DNA of 64,000 nt from Patescibacteria group bacterium (GCA_038064835.1 JBBTSD010000001.1:170361-234360); one strand, 5' to 3'. Shown: positions 1-10,368, counted from the first letter of the stretch. The notes: a model not told the origin generated them from the letters alone. Made by a program: numbers and translations.

Positions 1-245
1 TCACTTTTCCGTTTTGGAAAGTAGCTTAAAACAAGGGTATTTTAACGCTCACTTTCCAAAACTACTGGCGGGGACGATGCCCGGAACTTTGAACCGGAAA
101 CACGGCTCAAATTCGAGGATCTTGATAAAAGTATACAGAAACTAAGAGCAATCTACAAAGTTCACCCAGAGTGGTTTGAGGTGCCAAAACCAAGGTCAGA
201 TAAGGGCAAGAATGCAGTGGATTATTCCGTAAAATAAAAAGTTTA

Positions 246-746
246 CTAGAGCGGTGTTCTGAAAGAATTCAGCCAATTATCAAGGTCATTCATAGCATTT
301 CTAGTAGTTTCTTCAAATAATTTTTGGACTTCAATTCTTGAATTAAATGCTAGTTGATATTGAATAGCTCTCTTTTTCAAGGCGTCGATCATGTTAATAA
401 TATCTGTACCTGTTAATTGATTCTCTTCAAGAAAGGATTTTTTGTTTCGCATTACGGAAAGGTCATTATGGGCAATGATACTATTCCGCATATTGATAAT
501 TTTTTCAGAGATTTGATTTAACTCCTGACTATCAAACTTTCTTCCAAAATAATTCTCTTCAAGTAATTTTGCCAAGCCAAGTACAACTCCAGTCTCTAAA
601 CTGAGGAGTATAGTATTCCATGTAGCGGGATTCTTTTGGTAAACCTCGGTATTTACTCTTTTATGTAAATTTCCATTTAGCAACAATTGTCGATAAGTAA
701 ATAAAAGATCCCAAAATACATTTTCAAAGTCAGCTTGTTTTAACAT
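246..746 (-). CDS. HEPN (AbiU2-like) domain protein
   Basis: RNSIIAHND matches the HEPN R-x4-6-H motif; upstream VLGLAKLLE helix typical of AbiU2; AT-rich; ATG at 746 overlaps the end of the upstream gene. Confidence 0.65.
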   Translation of the reverse strand: MLKQADFENVFWDLLFTYRQLLLNGNLHKRVNTEVYQKNPATWNTILLSLETGVVLGLAKLLEENYFGRKFDSQELNQISEKIINMRNSIIAHNDLSVMRNKKSFLEENQLTGTDIINMIDALKKRAIQYQLAFNSRIEVQKLFEETTRNAMNDLDNWLNSFRTPL

Positions 747-1296
747 TTTGTTTATTTTCAAAATCAATCAACATAATACAGTCCCACCATAATTTATCTG
801 CTTCTTGCAGCATTTGTTTAATTTCGGCTAAATCACCACCAAGATCTACCGGGGTATATCGTTCTTGTTCTTTCCCGACCGCCTTAATACGAGAAAAGTC
901 AGTTTGATAAAGACTCCTTAGTTTATCAATGTGCGCTTGGGAAAAACCTAACTTTAAAAAGTCTTTGTCGGTATGCGCAAATAATTTATCCCGGTTACTC
1001 TTAACTTTTCCAATGATATCTTTGTGGTCATCATACATTTTGTTAACCCTCTCAATAGTTTCTGGAAAGAGATTTTTAAATTTATCCAAACTAAAATGCT
1101 CATTTGAGGATTTACTATAAATCTTCCCTAAATGCATAATTATCGCGTACATGTAGACTCCCTCTACTGTCGGTAAGGACTTTTTTATTTCCGTATTTCC
1201 AAAGACTTTTTCAAATTCAGATAAAAACAGGTTTGTAACTGAAACCATCTCACTAAAATTACCAACCAGTTGAGATTGTTTTTCTTGTTCTTCCAT
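730..1296 (-). CDS. HEPN (AbiU2-like) domain protein
   Basis: RDKLFAHTD motif plus IMHLGKIY...SL segment; ATG 4 nt after the guaA stop; AT-rich. Confidence 0.65.
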   Translation of the reverse strand: MEEQEKQSQLVGNFSEMVSVTNLFLSEFEKVFGNTEIKKSLPTVEGVYMYAIIMHLGKIYSKSSNEHFSLDKFKNLFPETIERVNKMYDDHKDIIGKVKSNRDKLFAHTDKDFLKLGFSQAHIDKLRSLYQTDFSRIKAVGKEQERYTPVDLGGDLAEIKQMLQEADKLWWDCIMLIDFENKQNVKTS

Positions 1297-1300
1297 AACT

Positions 1301-2833
1301 TTATTCATATTCAATGGTCGCAGGTGGCTTTTGAGTAATATCGTAAAGTACTCGATTTACTCCTCTCACCTTACCGATAATCGCGTTGGAGATTTTTTCC
1401 AGCAGCTCGTTCGGGATTTTGTGCCAATCGGCACTCATACCATCTATCGAATCAACTGCACGGAGCGCAATGACATATTCATAGGTTCGGCCGTCGCCCA
1501 TAACTCCAACCACCTTAACCGGTAGCAGTGCGGCAAAAGCTTGCCAAATCTTTTCGTATTCTCCAGCTTTACGTAGCTCCTCGATAAACACTGCGTCGGC
1601 TTCGCGAAGTATTTGGAGCCGATCTTCGGTAATTTCTCCGACAATACGAACAGCAAGCCCAGGACCTGGGAACGGGTGTCTCCAAAGTAGCTCTCTTGGA
1701 AGTCCGAGAGTTAGACCTACGCGACGCACCTCGTCTTTGTATAAATCTCTTATAGGCTCAAGAATCTTAAAGCCCATCTTTTCAGGAAGAGTAAGATTAT
1801 GGTGGCTTTTAATTTTCGCCGCTGTTTTTGAAGTCGAAGCGGATTCTATACGATCGGGATAAATAGTGCCTTGAGCCAGATATGCGATTGTGTGATTCTT
1901 GAGCTCGTTCTTAATCGCCTTTTCAAATACTTCGATAAAACTATGCCCGATGATTTTACGCTTTTGTTCTGGATCAGAAATGCCCTTTAACCGTTTCAAG
2001 AAAAGTTGGCTTGCATCAATAACATGAAGTTGTTTGAAGCCATTCTTGCGCAAGTATGAAGCAACTTGTTCGACCTCTCCTTTACGCAGAAGCCCCGTAT
2101 CGATAAAAACTGCATGGAGACGATTGCCGATAGCTCTATGGATAAGCGTAGCGGCTACCAATGAATCAACGCCACCAGAGATACCTACTACAACATGTCT
2201 GTCTCCAAGCTCGCCTTTTACTTCTGTAATGATATTTTCAGTAACCGAGCTTATTTTCCAGTTTTTCTTAGCTTTGCAGATTGAGAAAAGGAAATTCTTG
2301 AGTAACTTTTCTCCATGCTGGGTGTGAGTCACTTCTGGATGAAACTGGATGCCACAAAAATTGCTCTTTGAAGCAGCAAAAGCAGCATACTTACAACTGA
2401 CCGTAGATGCTGTTTGCTTAAATCCTTTCGGTAATATCGACACTTGATCGCCGTGCGAGAACCAAACAATTTCTTTTGCAGAAAGTGTTTGGAAAATTCC
2501 TTTCTTATCTTTAATACTCAAGACCTCTTTGCCAAATTCTCGATGTTTGCCTTTGATGACTTTGCCGCCAAGCATGTGCGCCATGACTTGATGACCATAG
2601 CAGATACCAAGAACCGGAATACCGAGCTTGAAGATTGCTTTGTCCGCTCGAGGACTACCTTTCTCTAACACCGAAGCAGGACCGCCGGACAGAATGATAC
2701 CAACAGGATTGTATTTTTGTATTTCAGAAGCTGGAGTATCAAAAGGCAAAATCTCGGCTTTTACGCCGAGATCCCGCACGCGCCTTGCTATGAGGTGAGC
2801 AAACTGACTTCCAAAATTGAGGATTATGACCAT
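1301..2833 (-). CDS. guaA: glutamine-hydrolyzing GMP synthase
   Basis: FGSQ, SGGP, GICYGHQ, QFHPEV, SGGVDS, IKSHHN, HPFPGPGL and C-terminal KPPATIEYE. Confidence 0.97.
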   Translation of the reverse strand: MVIILNFGSQFAHLIARRVRDLGVKAEILPFDTPASEIQKYNPVGIILSGGPASVLEKGSPRADKAIFKLGIPVLGICYGHQVMAHMLGGKVIKGKHREFGKEVLSIKDKKGIFQTLSAKEIVWFSHGDQVSILPKGFKQTASTVSCKYAAFAASKSNFCGIQFHPEVTHTQHGEKLLKNFLFSICKAKKNWKISSVTENIITEVKGELGDRHVVVGISGGVDSLVAATLIHRAIGNRLHAVFIDTGLLRKGEVEQVASYLRKNGFKQLHVIDASQLFLKRLKGISDPEQKRKIIGHSFIEVFEKAIKNELKNHTIAYLAQGTIYPDRIESASTSKTAAKIKSHHNLTLPEKMGFKILEPIRDLYKDEVRRVGLTLGLPRELLWRHPFPGPGLAVRIVGEITEDRLQILREADAVFIEELRKAGEYEKIWQAFAALLPVKVVGVMGDGRTYEYVIALRAVDSIDGMSADWHKIPNELLEKISNAIIGKVRGVNRVLYDITQKPPATIEYE

Positions 2834-2899
2834 AGTAGATAATATCACTAATCATTGGCCAAATGAACCTTATTTTACTTCGGTTCAAAGTTGCCAATC

Positions 2900-2990
2900 T
2901 GGCGGAGAGGGAGGGATTCGAACCCTCGGAACCCTTTTGAGGCTCAGCACATTAGCAGTGTGCTGCATTCGACCGCTCTGCCACCTCTCC
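2900..2990 (-). tRNA. tRNA-Ser(GCT)
   Basis: Reverse complement GGAGAGGTGGCAGAGCGGTCGAATG...CT-GCT-AA...long variable arm...GGTTCGAATCCCTCCCTCTCCGCCA. Confidence 0.95.
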
Positions 2991-3059
2991 GTTATTCATA
3001 TGTACTTTACATCGCTTCTGCCCGGCAAGTATAGCTGAACATACCCCATCGTGCACCTT

Positions 3060-3938
3060 CTACGAATCGAGTGTTGCGAGGAGGGCAAAGAGCCCTGTAA
3101 AGGCAATACAAGCCCCCAGGACTTGGTGCCTACTTAGTTTTTCGCGCCCCACAAAATAGCCTAAGAGTGCAGCAAGAACAATATAGCTTTCGCTGATCAT
3201 GACGGTGATAGAAATGGATATTATACTGGTAGCGTATGCATAGGAAATCCATGCCATGTTATCAAAAAAGGTCTGCGCCAGAATGATATAGGGGTGCGCT
3301 CGTATGTCCTGCATCAATGATCTCACCTCACCTCGCACTATGATGTAAACACCACACAGTGCCGCAAGCATCCCATGGGTTGCCCAAATAACAAACAAGG
3401 GCGACATGCTTTGCGAGTAGGTACCGATATAGAAATTAGTGAGTGCCGAGAGAAATGCGGAAACAAAGGCGAGAAGCACCCCTTTCTCGAAGATGTGCCT
3501 GTGATAGCGCAGGTTATCAAGGCGGGGTGTAGTTGCCAAAATAACACCTGCAAATATAGCAAAAAAGATAATAAACTGGTGCACAGAGAGCGACTCACCA
3601 TTCACAAATACTCCCAAGCCGACTGTGATGGGCAGTTCAAGTGCCACCACCGACTCAACGACAGAAATCTTCCCGCGCTTGAGTGCTTGGAAGAGGAAGA
3701 GTGCGTAGACAAAAATTATTCCACTCAGTAGTGCGAGCGATTGATAATCCTCGAAAGTTCGTACGGAAATCTCATCTCCAATAAAAGGAAAAAGAATCAC
3801 CGTCGAACTGATGCATATAAAGAAGAGTGCCTTGTAAATACCGATAATGCGTGTCGCTTTTTGAATGAAAAAATCGCCGAGACCCCAGCCAATCATCGCG
3901 ATACATGCATAGAGAATGCCTAGGTGCATTCTTGCCAT
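3060..3938 (-). CDS. DMT/EamA family transporter
   Basis: About 10 TM segments in two repeats; WGLGDF, KRGKISVV, REKLS motifs. Confidence 0.85.
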   Translation of the reverse strand: MARMHLGILYACIAMIGWGLGDFFIQKATRIIGIYKALFFICISSTVILFPFIGDEISVRTFEDYQSLALLSGIIFVYALFLFQALKRGKISVVESVVALELPITVGLGVFVNGESLSVHQFIIFFAIFAGVILATTPRLDNLRYHRHIFEKGVLLAFVSAFLSALTNFYIGTYSQSMSPLFVIWATHGMLAALCGVYIIVRGEVRSLMQDIRAHPYIILAQTFFDNMAWISYAYATSIISISITVMISESYIVLAALLGYFVGREKLSRHQVLGACIAFTGLFALLATLDS

Positions 3939-3959
3939 TGTACCAGTCTGTTAGAGAGA

Positions 3960-4478
3960 TTAGATGAGGCCTGTTTCTGGGCGCGATGAGGGAGGCTTGC
4001 TCCACGATGTATTAAATTGTCGTGATGGAGGTTTCGGTTTTGAAAGGTTCATGTCGGGCCGTGTTGGACGGGGGGTGAATGCCGGCGCGGTAATCAAGGG
4101 TTTTTCGGTAGCATGTGGAAGATTGATTACGACAGGTGCTGGGCGAGGTTCGAGTGTTGGAGTTTTCGCAATGACAATCGGCGGCGCATCTTCAGTAACC
4201 GCGGCCTTTCGTTCGATGGAAAGAAGGCGTCCAAGGAATGTACCAAGGACAAAAGAAACAAGAAGCATGATGAGGATTTCGCCCGCAGACCCTGAAAGCG
4301 TATAGATTTCGGCTACCGGCTGTTCAGTAACGGTGGAAATGGTCGTTTCGGCAGCTTGTGCGATGCATAGGTTGCGTACGCCACACAAAAACCAACCTGT
4401 AGAGATGGCCCCCCAGGCGAGAAATGTAATGAGAATGACGCCTACGGATTGTGGGGTACTAAGTCTTGGAATGGTCAT
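3960..4478 (-). CDS. hypothetical membrane protein with Pro-rich tail
   Basis: Two hydrophobic segments followed by a Pro/Thr-rich C-terminus. Confidence 0.6.
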   Translation of the reverse strand: MTIPRLSTPQSVGVILITFLAWGAISTGWFLCGVRNLCIAQAAETTISTVTEQPVAEIYTLSGSAGEILIMLLVSFVLGTFLGRLLSIERKAAVTEDAPPIVIAKTPTLEPRPAPVVINLPHATEKPLITAPAFTPRPTRPDMNLSKPKPPSRQFNTSWSKPPSSRPETGLI

Positions 4479-4520
4479 AGGGGTTGAGTACGCCGAATAT
4501 ACGCGTGTTGCGGGGCGAGG

Positions 4521-5198
4521 TCAACCGGCTATGGCAAGTGCAAGTACGCGTAACCCTGAGGCCTCGAGGGTTCGGGCCGCTTCGTTCATGGTGGCGCCCG
4601 TGCTCACCACATCATCAATTAAATAGACTGTTTTGTATGGAAAAGGAGTATGCGTAGAAGAAACCGCGAAAGCGTCGGCAATATTTGCATAGCGGGCTTG
4701 TTTTGACAGTGTGGACTGTACCGATGTGTCGCGTGTTCGCACAAGCAAGTGCGCAATAGGCACCTCGGCATCTCGAAGCGCCTGCGACTGTTCCAAAATG
4801 CGATCGATTTGATTCTTGCCGCGCTCTACCAAACGCTTTTCTCCTAATGGTATGGGAACGCAAGCAATCTTTTCACTATATAAATGGTGGCGGTCCGCAA
4901 GTTCTTCATACAAAAAATCGTCGAGGAGACGCGCGAGCAACTGGGCGGCGGCTTCATCTTTATCAAATTTGAGAGCACACACCGCTTCACTGATGTGCGG
5001 GTCTTTGTATGTGCTCAATATAATGACATCTCTGCCTGAGCGCACTTCGGTGCGTATATGCAAGGGAAGTGTGCCTCGGGTACGCACTCGCCCAGCGCGT
5101 GCAGTTGGTGGAAAAAGTGCGTCTGCAAGCAGAGTGTCCACAAGGGTGCACCATCTACGCACATGCGCGGGGAGTTGCATAATGTTGGCATGATACAC
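4521..5198 (-). CDS. comF: ComF family phosphoribosyltransferase-like competence protein
   Basis: VPIPL..RLVERGKNQ, Q..L...R..N, LIDDVVSTGATM; divergent from pilM; start uncertain. Confidence 0.85.
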   Translation of the reverse strand: MYHANIMQLPAHVRRWCTLVDTLLADALFPPTARAGRVRTRGTLPLHIRTEVRSGRDVIILSTYKDPHISEAVCALKFDKDEAAAQLLARLLDDFLYEELADRHHLYSEKIACVPIPLGEKRLVERGKNQIDRILEQSQALRDAEVPIAHLLVRTRDTSVQSTLSKQARYANIADAFAVSSTHTPFPYKTVYLIDDVVSTGATMNEAARTLEASGLRVLALAIAG

Positions 5199-5212
5199 TG
5201 TACATAAATACT

Positions 5213-6364
5213 ATGTCATCATTGGGTAACATGTTTGGGTCGTTGAGCTCCATGCTTTCAGGTAATGGCGGTACCAATAGCGTGTTGGGTATCGATATCG
5301 GATCGTCGTCGATCAAGATTGTGCAGTTGCGCACCAACAAAGAGAGTGCGATTTTGGAAACATACGGAGAAATCGCGCTCGGCCCCTATGCGGGTGTTGC
5401 TGTGGGCAAGGCAACCAAACTTCCTGTAGACAAAACAGCCGAAGCACTGAGGGATTTGATGAAAGAAGCAAATGTGACAGCGGTACACGCTGGCGTCTCT
5501 ATTCCATTTGCATCCAGCCTCATCTCCATGCTGGATCTTCCCAATGTGGATGATGTGCAATTAAAGCGCATGATTCCCATCGAAGCGCGGAAATACATTC
5601 CCATACCTATATCCGAAGTGCTTCTCGATTGGTTTGTGATCCCCGAGAGCGAAAAAGAAGACGACGCCTTTGACCGTGTCGTCAAGGAGGGTGTGATGCA
5701 AAAGAAGGGGCGTGAGGTGCTCTTGGTTGCAATCCATAATGAGGCACTACGCGCATACCAAACCATCATGGAGACGGCTGGAGTCTCGGTGTCGTTCTTC
5801 GAGATTGAAATTTTCAGCACTATCAGGTCGGCATTGGATCGCTCTCCTGTCCCTATTGCGGTGGTAGATATGGGCGCATCCACTACAAAGATTTACATCG
5901 TCGAGAGAGGGGTAGTGCACATGACACATCTTCTAAACATCGGTGCCCAACACATCACTGAATCGCTTGCCCGTGCGATGGGATGGACATTCGAGAAGGC
6001 CGAGCGTATGAAAAGAGAAATAGGACTAACTGATTCTCCCACCTACACGCGTGAGGAAAACGATCGTATCCATCAGACCATCGAGTCAACTTTCAATCGC
6101 ATGTTTACCGAAGTAAATCGCGTGTTGCTGAGCTTTGGCAAACGCTACAATAAAAATGTATCGCATGTGGTGCTTTCTGGCGGCGGTTCGTCCATGCCGA
6201 ATCTCAGCCGTACTGCACAAGACGGCCTTCATGCCGAGCTACAAATCGCACACCCTTTCGGCAAGGTTGAATCTCCGGCATTTCTCGAAGAAGTGTTACG
6301 CACCATTGGTCCTGGGTTTTCAGTCGCCGTTGGTGTGGCCCTGCGGAAACTTTCAGAGAAATAG
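5213..6364 (+). CDS. pilM: type IV pilus assembly protein PilM
   Basis: GIDIGSSSIKIVQL, EARKYIP, VDMGASTT, LSGGGS, FSVAVGVALR actin-like motifs. Confidence 0.93.
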   Translation: MSSLGNMFGSLSSMLSGNGGTNSVLGIDIGSSSIKIVQLRTNKESAILETYGEIALGPYAGVAVGKATKLPVDKTAEALRDLMKEANVTAVHAGVSIPFASSLISMLDLPNVDDVQLKRMIPIEARKYIPIPISEVLLDWFVIPESEKEDDAFDRVVKEGVMQKKGREVLLVAIHNEALRAYQTIMETAGVSVSFFEIEIFSTIRSALDRSPVPIAVVDMGASTTKIYIVERGVVHMTHLLNIGAQHITESLARAMGWTFEKAERMKREIGLTDSPTYTREENDRIHQTIESTFNRMFTEVNRVLLSFGKRYNKNVSHVVLSGGGSSMPNLSRTAQDGLHAELQIAHPFGKVESPAFLEEVLRTIGPGFSVAVGVALRKLSEK

Positions 6365-6482
6365 GAGTATCTCGTTCGCGGTTATATTTATCCCCTTGTG
6401 TGGATATCTGCATGCGTTTTGTATGGGATACTGTACCCATGTGCGTACGGATGATACCGAATAGCGGTGGCTACTTCACTAC

Positions 6483-7148
6483 ATGGAATCTCAAATAAAA
6501 TCATCGTTCATTCCCCGAGACACCGCACAATATGGCGGCGGTGGTTTTGCACGACACAAAAGCGGTGCATCAGATTTGTTCCTACTTTTCTCCATCGTCA
6601 CACTGGTCGCCTCAGTTGCCTTGGGTGTGGGCGTGTTTCTCTACGAGAAGTTGTTGTCTTCGACATTGACAGGCAAGAAACAGACGCTGGTGCGTGCGCA
6701 GGAGAGTTTCGAACCGACGCTCATAGCCGAAATGAATCGTCTCGATGACAGAATGAGCACGGGTGAGGATCTCCTTGAAAAGCATCTTGCGCCCTCCGTA
6801 CTCTTTCATACATTTGAAGAGCTAACGCTCGATACAGTTTCGCTACGGACACTTGCATACGAAATGACAGAGGGGGGAGAGATAAATCTCAAGCTAAGCG
6901 GACTCGCGCGGAGCGTGAACTCGATTGCGCTTCAGGCTGATTTGTTTGGAAAACATGGCGCCATCATTAGTCCTATATTTTCAAACATAAATCGTACCGA
7001 CGATGGGGTGAAATTCGACATGGTGTCGACGGCAAACCCAGGGAGTATGCGTTACGCAGGGTTGATACGACAGGCAATTGAGCAAGCTCCGGAGCTCCCG
7101 CCGGCAGAGGGTGAGTTGCCAGAGGAAATACCTGGATTTGCGCCATGA
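6483..7148 (+). CDS. PilN-like pilus assembly protein
   Basis: Single TM, coiled coil and ferredoxin-like C-terminus (LSGLARS); lies between pilM and pilO. Confidence 0.7.
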   Translation: MESQIKSSFIPRDTAQYGGGGFARHKSGASDLFLLFSIVTLVASVALGVGVFLYEKLLSSTLTGKKQTLVRAQESFEPTLIAEMNRLDDRMSTGEDLLEKHLAPSVLFHTFEELTLDTVSLRTLAYEMTEGGEINLKLSGLARSVNSIALQADLFGKHGAIISPIFSNINRTDDGVKFDMVSTANPGSMRYAGLIRQAIEQAPELPPAEGELPEEIPGFAP

Positions 7149-7747
7149 CAAAAATACTCGGTACAATTTTATCTCTCGTGATTGCTGGTGCAGTATTCTT
7201 CATCTACACCCAACCCGCCTATGTGCGTATCAAGGGTCTGCAGGCACAAGGTTCTGAATATGATGCAGCACTTCAAAAATCAAAAGAGCTTGCCACGCTC
7301 AAACAGTCACTTATTAGTCGGCTCAACGCGTTTCCCACGGAACAACTCGAGAGACTAGCAAAGCTGTTGCCCGATCATGTTGATAATGTGCGCCTGGTAC
7401 TCGATCTTGACAGTTTGGCAACGCGATATGGTATGGCTATACAGAATGTTTTGATTAGTCGTGAAGACGAAAAAGCAACCAAAGATGCGACCGTTATTGG
7501 TGCGCTAACCGACCAAAAAAAGAAACATGACTCACTCACTCTTCAATTTTCTACTCGTGCGACCTACGGCGACTTCGTGCGATTCCTCGAAGACCTCGAA
7601 TCAAGCCTTCGTATTGTCGATTTGGTTGGACTCAAAATTGAGCCAGAGCCGATCGTGCGCAGGAATGGTGAGGACCTGACTCTGCCCCCCGAAATCGAGC
7701 CCACCTATGTGTACAATATCGCTATTCGTACCTACTGGTTGAAATAA
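7145..7747 (+). CDS. pilO: type IV pilus assembly protein PilO
   Basis: N-terminal TM, KLLPD, TYGDFVRFLEDLESSLRIVD. Confidence 0.8.
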   Translation: MTKILGTILSLVIAGAVFFIYTQPAYVRIKGLQAQGSEYDAALQKSKELATLKQSLISRLNAFPTEQLERLAKLLPDHVDNVRLVLDLDSLATRYGMAIQNVLISREDEKATKDATVIGALTDQKKKHDSLTLQFSTRATYGDFVRFLEDLESSLRIVDLVGLKIEPEPIVRRNGEDLTLPPEIEPTYVYNIAIRTYWLK

Positions 7748-7748
7748 T

Positions 7749-8114
7749 ATGCTTTCAATTATTAAAGAGAACAAAATAATCCTTGGCGTCGTGGTGCTTT
7801 TGATTATTGCTGCCTTGTGGTACGGAATTTCCGGAGGTGCATCAAAACCAGAGACACTTTTAGCAACTGATAATGTATCTGGCGCCGCCGCGGAACAAGA
7901 GCGGGCAATCCTCGACTTGATATTCCAACTGCGCGAGATTCAGCTTGCTGGCACCATATTTAATAACCCTGCGTTCATCAGCCTTCGCGATTTCCGGACA
8001 GAGATAGTTGCAGAGCCAATTGGGAGGCGCAATCCATTCGCACCACTTGATACCTTGTCGACTTCAACACCACCGCTCTCACCTCGAGAGCGTGGGTCGC
8101 TCCTGAGCGAGTAG
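7749..8114 (+). CDS. PilP-like small pilus protein
   Basis: N-terminal TM and GRRNPFAP motif; follows pilO. Confidence 0.55.
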   Translation: MLSIIKENKIILGVVVLLIIAALWYGISGGASKPETLLATDNVSGAAAEQERAILDLIFQLREIQLAGTIFNNPAFISLRDFRTEIVAEPIGRRNPFAPLDTLSTSTPPLSPRERGSLLSE

Positions 8115-8121
8115 TCTATGT

Positions 8122-9945
8122 ATGGTAGCAACAAACAGTGCGCTTGGGACGAATCCACTAGCTACAGCAGGCGCCGTTTCTGACGATGATATACACGGGC
8201 ACGATGGAGCACCCGAAAGGGCATTGGGTGAGACGAAAGTCCCTTATGATGTACTAAAATACATTCCGGAGACCTCAGCAGTACACTATCAGTTCGCCCC
8301 ACTTGGGGTTGTAGACGGTGTGCTTGAGGTGGGTATGGTAGACCCCGAGAATCTTGCGGCCATCGATGCGTTGAGTTTTATTGCACGAAAAACAGGTACA
8401 CCATTCAAGATATTTAAAATCACAGCCGACGACTTTGAAAAAATCAAAGTCATGTATCGAGGGATTGGAGGCGATGTTGATAAAGCACTTTCAGATCTCG
8501 AAAGTGAAAATCTTGCACAAAGCAAACAGCCAAAAGTCGATTCCCACGACGAAGTTGAAGAGAAAGTTGATTTGAGCGGTGGATTGGCTGCTGTGTCGGG
8601 CAAGGGAGGAGGGGGTGACCTTCGCGAAGATGCGCCCGCAATCAAACTCGTCTCCACTATTCTTCGCTATGCAATCGACGGCAAGGCATCAGATATTCAC
8701 ATCGAGCCCACAGCGAGTGGTGTGCGTATTCGGTATCGTGTCGATGGCTCGCTTCACACAAGTGTCGTGCTACCTATTGAAACCCATCGCGCGCTTGTGG
8801 CGCGTATCAAAGTGCTTTCGTCGATTCGACTCGACGAACGACGCAAGCCACAAGACGGTCGCTTCTCTGCTTCTATTGATGGTCGCCAAGTAGACTTCCG
8901 CGTATCAACATTTCCATCCTACAATGGAGAAAAGATAGTGATTCGTATTCTAGACCGCGAACAAGGCTTCATTCCTTTGAGCGACTTGGGATTCACTGAT
9001 CGGGCGCTTGCTTCGATTCGGAGTGCACTCAAGCGACCATACGGCCTCATACTTATATCTGGCCCGACCGGTTCTGGTAAATCAACTACTTTGTATTCAA
9101 TGCTCGCAGAAGTCGATCGCGAAACGCAGAATGTGCTTTCACTCGAAGATCCTGTCGAATATTATATGGAGGGTGTCATCCAATCGCAGATTCGCCCCGA
9201 AATCGGCTATACCTTTGCAAACGGTTTGCGCACCACACTGCGTCAAGACCCAAATGTCATCATGGTGGGAGAAATCCGTGACGGTGAGACGGCCAAGCTT
9301 GCTGTGCAAGCAGCACTCACTGGTCACTTGGTACTCGCCACTATTCACACCAACAGCGCGATTGGCACCATCCCACGCTTGATTGATATGGGTGTTGAGT
9401 CGTATCTGATTCCACCAACACTCGTGCTCTCGATGGCACAGCGACTCACGCGCAAGTTGTGTCCAGATTCCGGTGAGCCAATTCCCGTTTCGGAAAGTAT
9501 GCGGAGTATGATGGATGCACAAATGTCGACACTTGCGCCAGAGTACCGCATTCCTATCCCCGATTCTGTATTTGAGGCAAGGCGCACACCATCGTGTCCC
9601 AACGGGACACGGGGCCGTCTAGCTGTGTTCGAAGTGATGGAAATGACAGCCGAGGTGGAAAAAATTATTCTCAAATCACCAGTCGAATCTCGTATTTGGG
9701 CGGCCGCGCGCAAGCAGGGAATGATGAGTATGAAGGAAGATGCTATGATAAAAGCCTTTGCAGGAAAGATTCCGTTTGCTGAGGTGAGTGCACTGAGCGG
9801 AATCCTTCTTTCAGAAGAGGATGAATTCAAAGCCGATGTAGTGGTCCCGACAGCAGAGACAGTGAAAAGTGTCGTTGCTCCTGTACTTCAGGCGGACGCA
9901 AACGATACTCTCGAGAGTGATTCGCTGACAGCAGATAAAATGTAA
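8122..9945 (+). CDS. pilB: PilB/GspE pilus extension ATPase
   Basis: ASDIHIEP, PQDGRF, Walker A GPTGSGKSTT, LEDPVEY, LRQDPNVIMVGEIRD, GHLVLATIHTN. Confidence 0.93.
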   Translation: MVATNSALGTNPLATAGAVSDDDIHGHDGAPERALGETKVPYDVLKYIPETSAVHYQFAPLGVVDGVLEVGMVDPENLAAIDALSFIARKTGTPFKIFKITADDFEKIKVMYRGIGGDVDKALSDLESENLAQSKQPKVDSHDEVEEKVDLSGGLAAVSGKGGGGDLREDAPAIKLVSTILRYAIDGKASDIHIEPTASGVRIRYRVDGSLHTSVVLPIETHRALVARIKVLSSIRLDERRKPQDGRFSASIDGRQVDFRVSTFPSYNGEKIVIRILDREQGFIPLSDLGFTDRALASIRSALKRPYGLILISGPTGSGKSTTLYSMLAEVDRETQNVLSLEDPVEYYMEGVIQSQIRPEIGYTFANGLRTTLRQDPNVIMVGEIRDGETAKLAVQAALTGHLVLATIHTNSAIGTIPRLIDMGVESYLIPPTLVLSMAQRLTRKLCPDSGEPIPVSESMRSMMDAQMSTLAPEYRIPIPDSVFEARRTPSCPNGTRGRLAVFEVMEMTAEVEKIILKSPVESRIWAAARKQGMMSMKEDAMIKAFAGKIPFAEVSALSGILLSEEDEFKADVVVPTAETVKSVVAPVLQADANDTLESDSLTADKM

Positions 9946-9947
9946 TT

Positions 9948-10364
9948 ATGACCGAAACAACTTCACCACCTATATCAGGCACAAAGTACTCCATCCTACT
10001 TCTCGACGACGATCGATTCCTTCTCGACATGTATAGCAGGAAGTTTGCCCAGGAGGGGCACGCGGTGCAGTCTTGTTTTTCAGTGGCCGAGGCCCTTCAG
10101 CTTTTGCGGGGCGGACTAGCACCGGATGTTATTGTGTTCGACCTCATAATGCCTCAACAAGACGGTTTCGATCTCTTGCGTATCATGAGAGACGAAAAGC
10201 TTGCCCCAAAGGCAGTCAAAGTCGCTTTGACCAATCAGATGGCAAGCGAAGAGCGGAAAAAGACCGAAGAGTTGGGTGCTGATGAGTTCATTATTAAAGC
10301 CTCTGCAATCCCCTCAGAAGTGATGACACTTGTGGTTGCGGCAATCGCGCGCCATCAAAAGTGA
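9948..10364 (+). CDS. single-domain response regulator (CheY-like receiver)
   Basis: LLDDD, DLIMP..DG, LTN, FIIK. Confidence 0.9.
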   Translation: MTETTSPPISGTKYSILLLDDDRFLLDMYSRKFAQEGHAVQSCFSVAEALQLLRGGLAPDVIVFDLIMPQQDGFDLLRIMRDEKLAPKAVKVALTNQMASEERKKTEELGADEFIIKASAIPSEVMTLVVAAIARHQK

Positions 10365-10368
10365 TCTG

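Noticed and set aside
65-95. CTGGCGGGGA...TTTGAACC as an att copy of the tRNA-Ser end
   Set aside because: Too degenerate and needs gaps; cannot be distinguished from chance without flanking sequence
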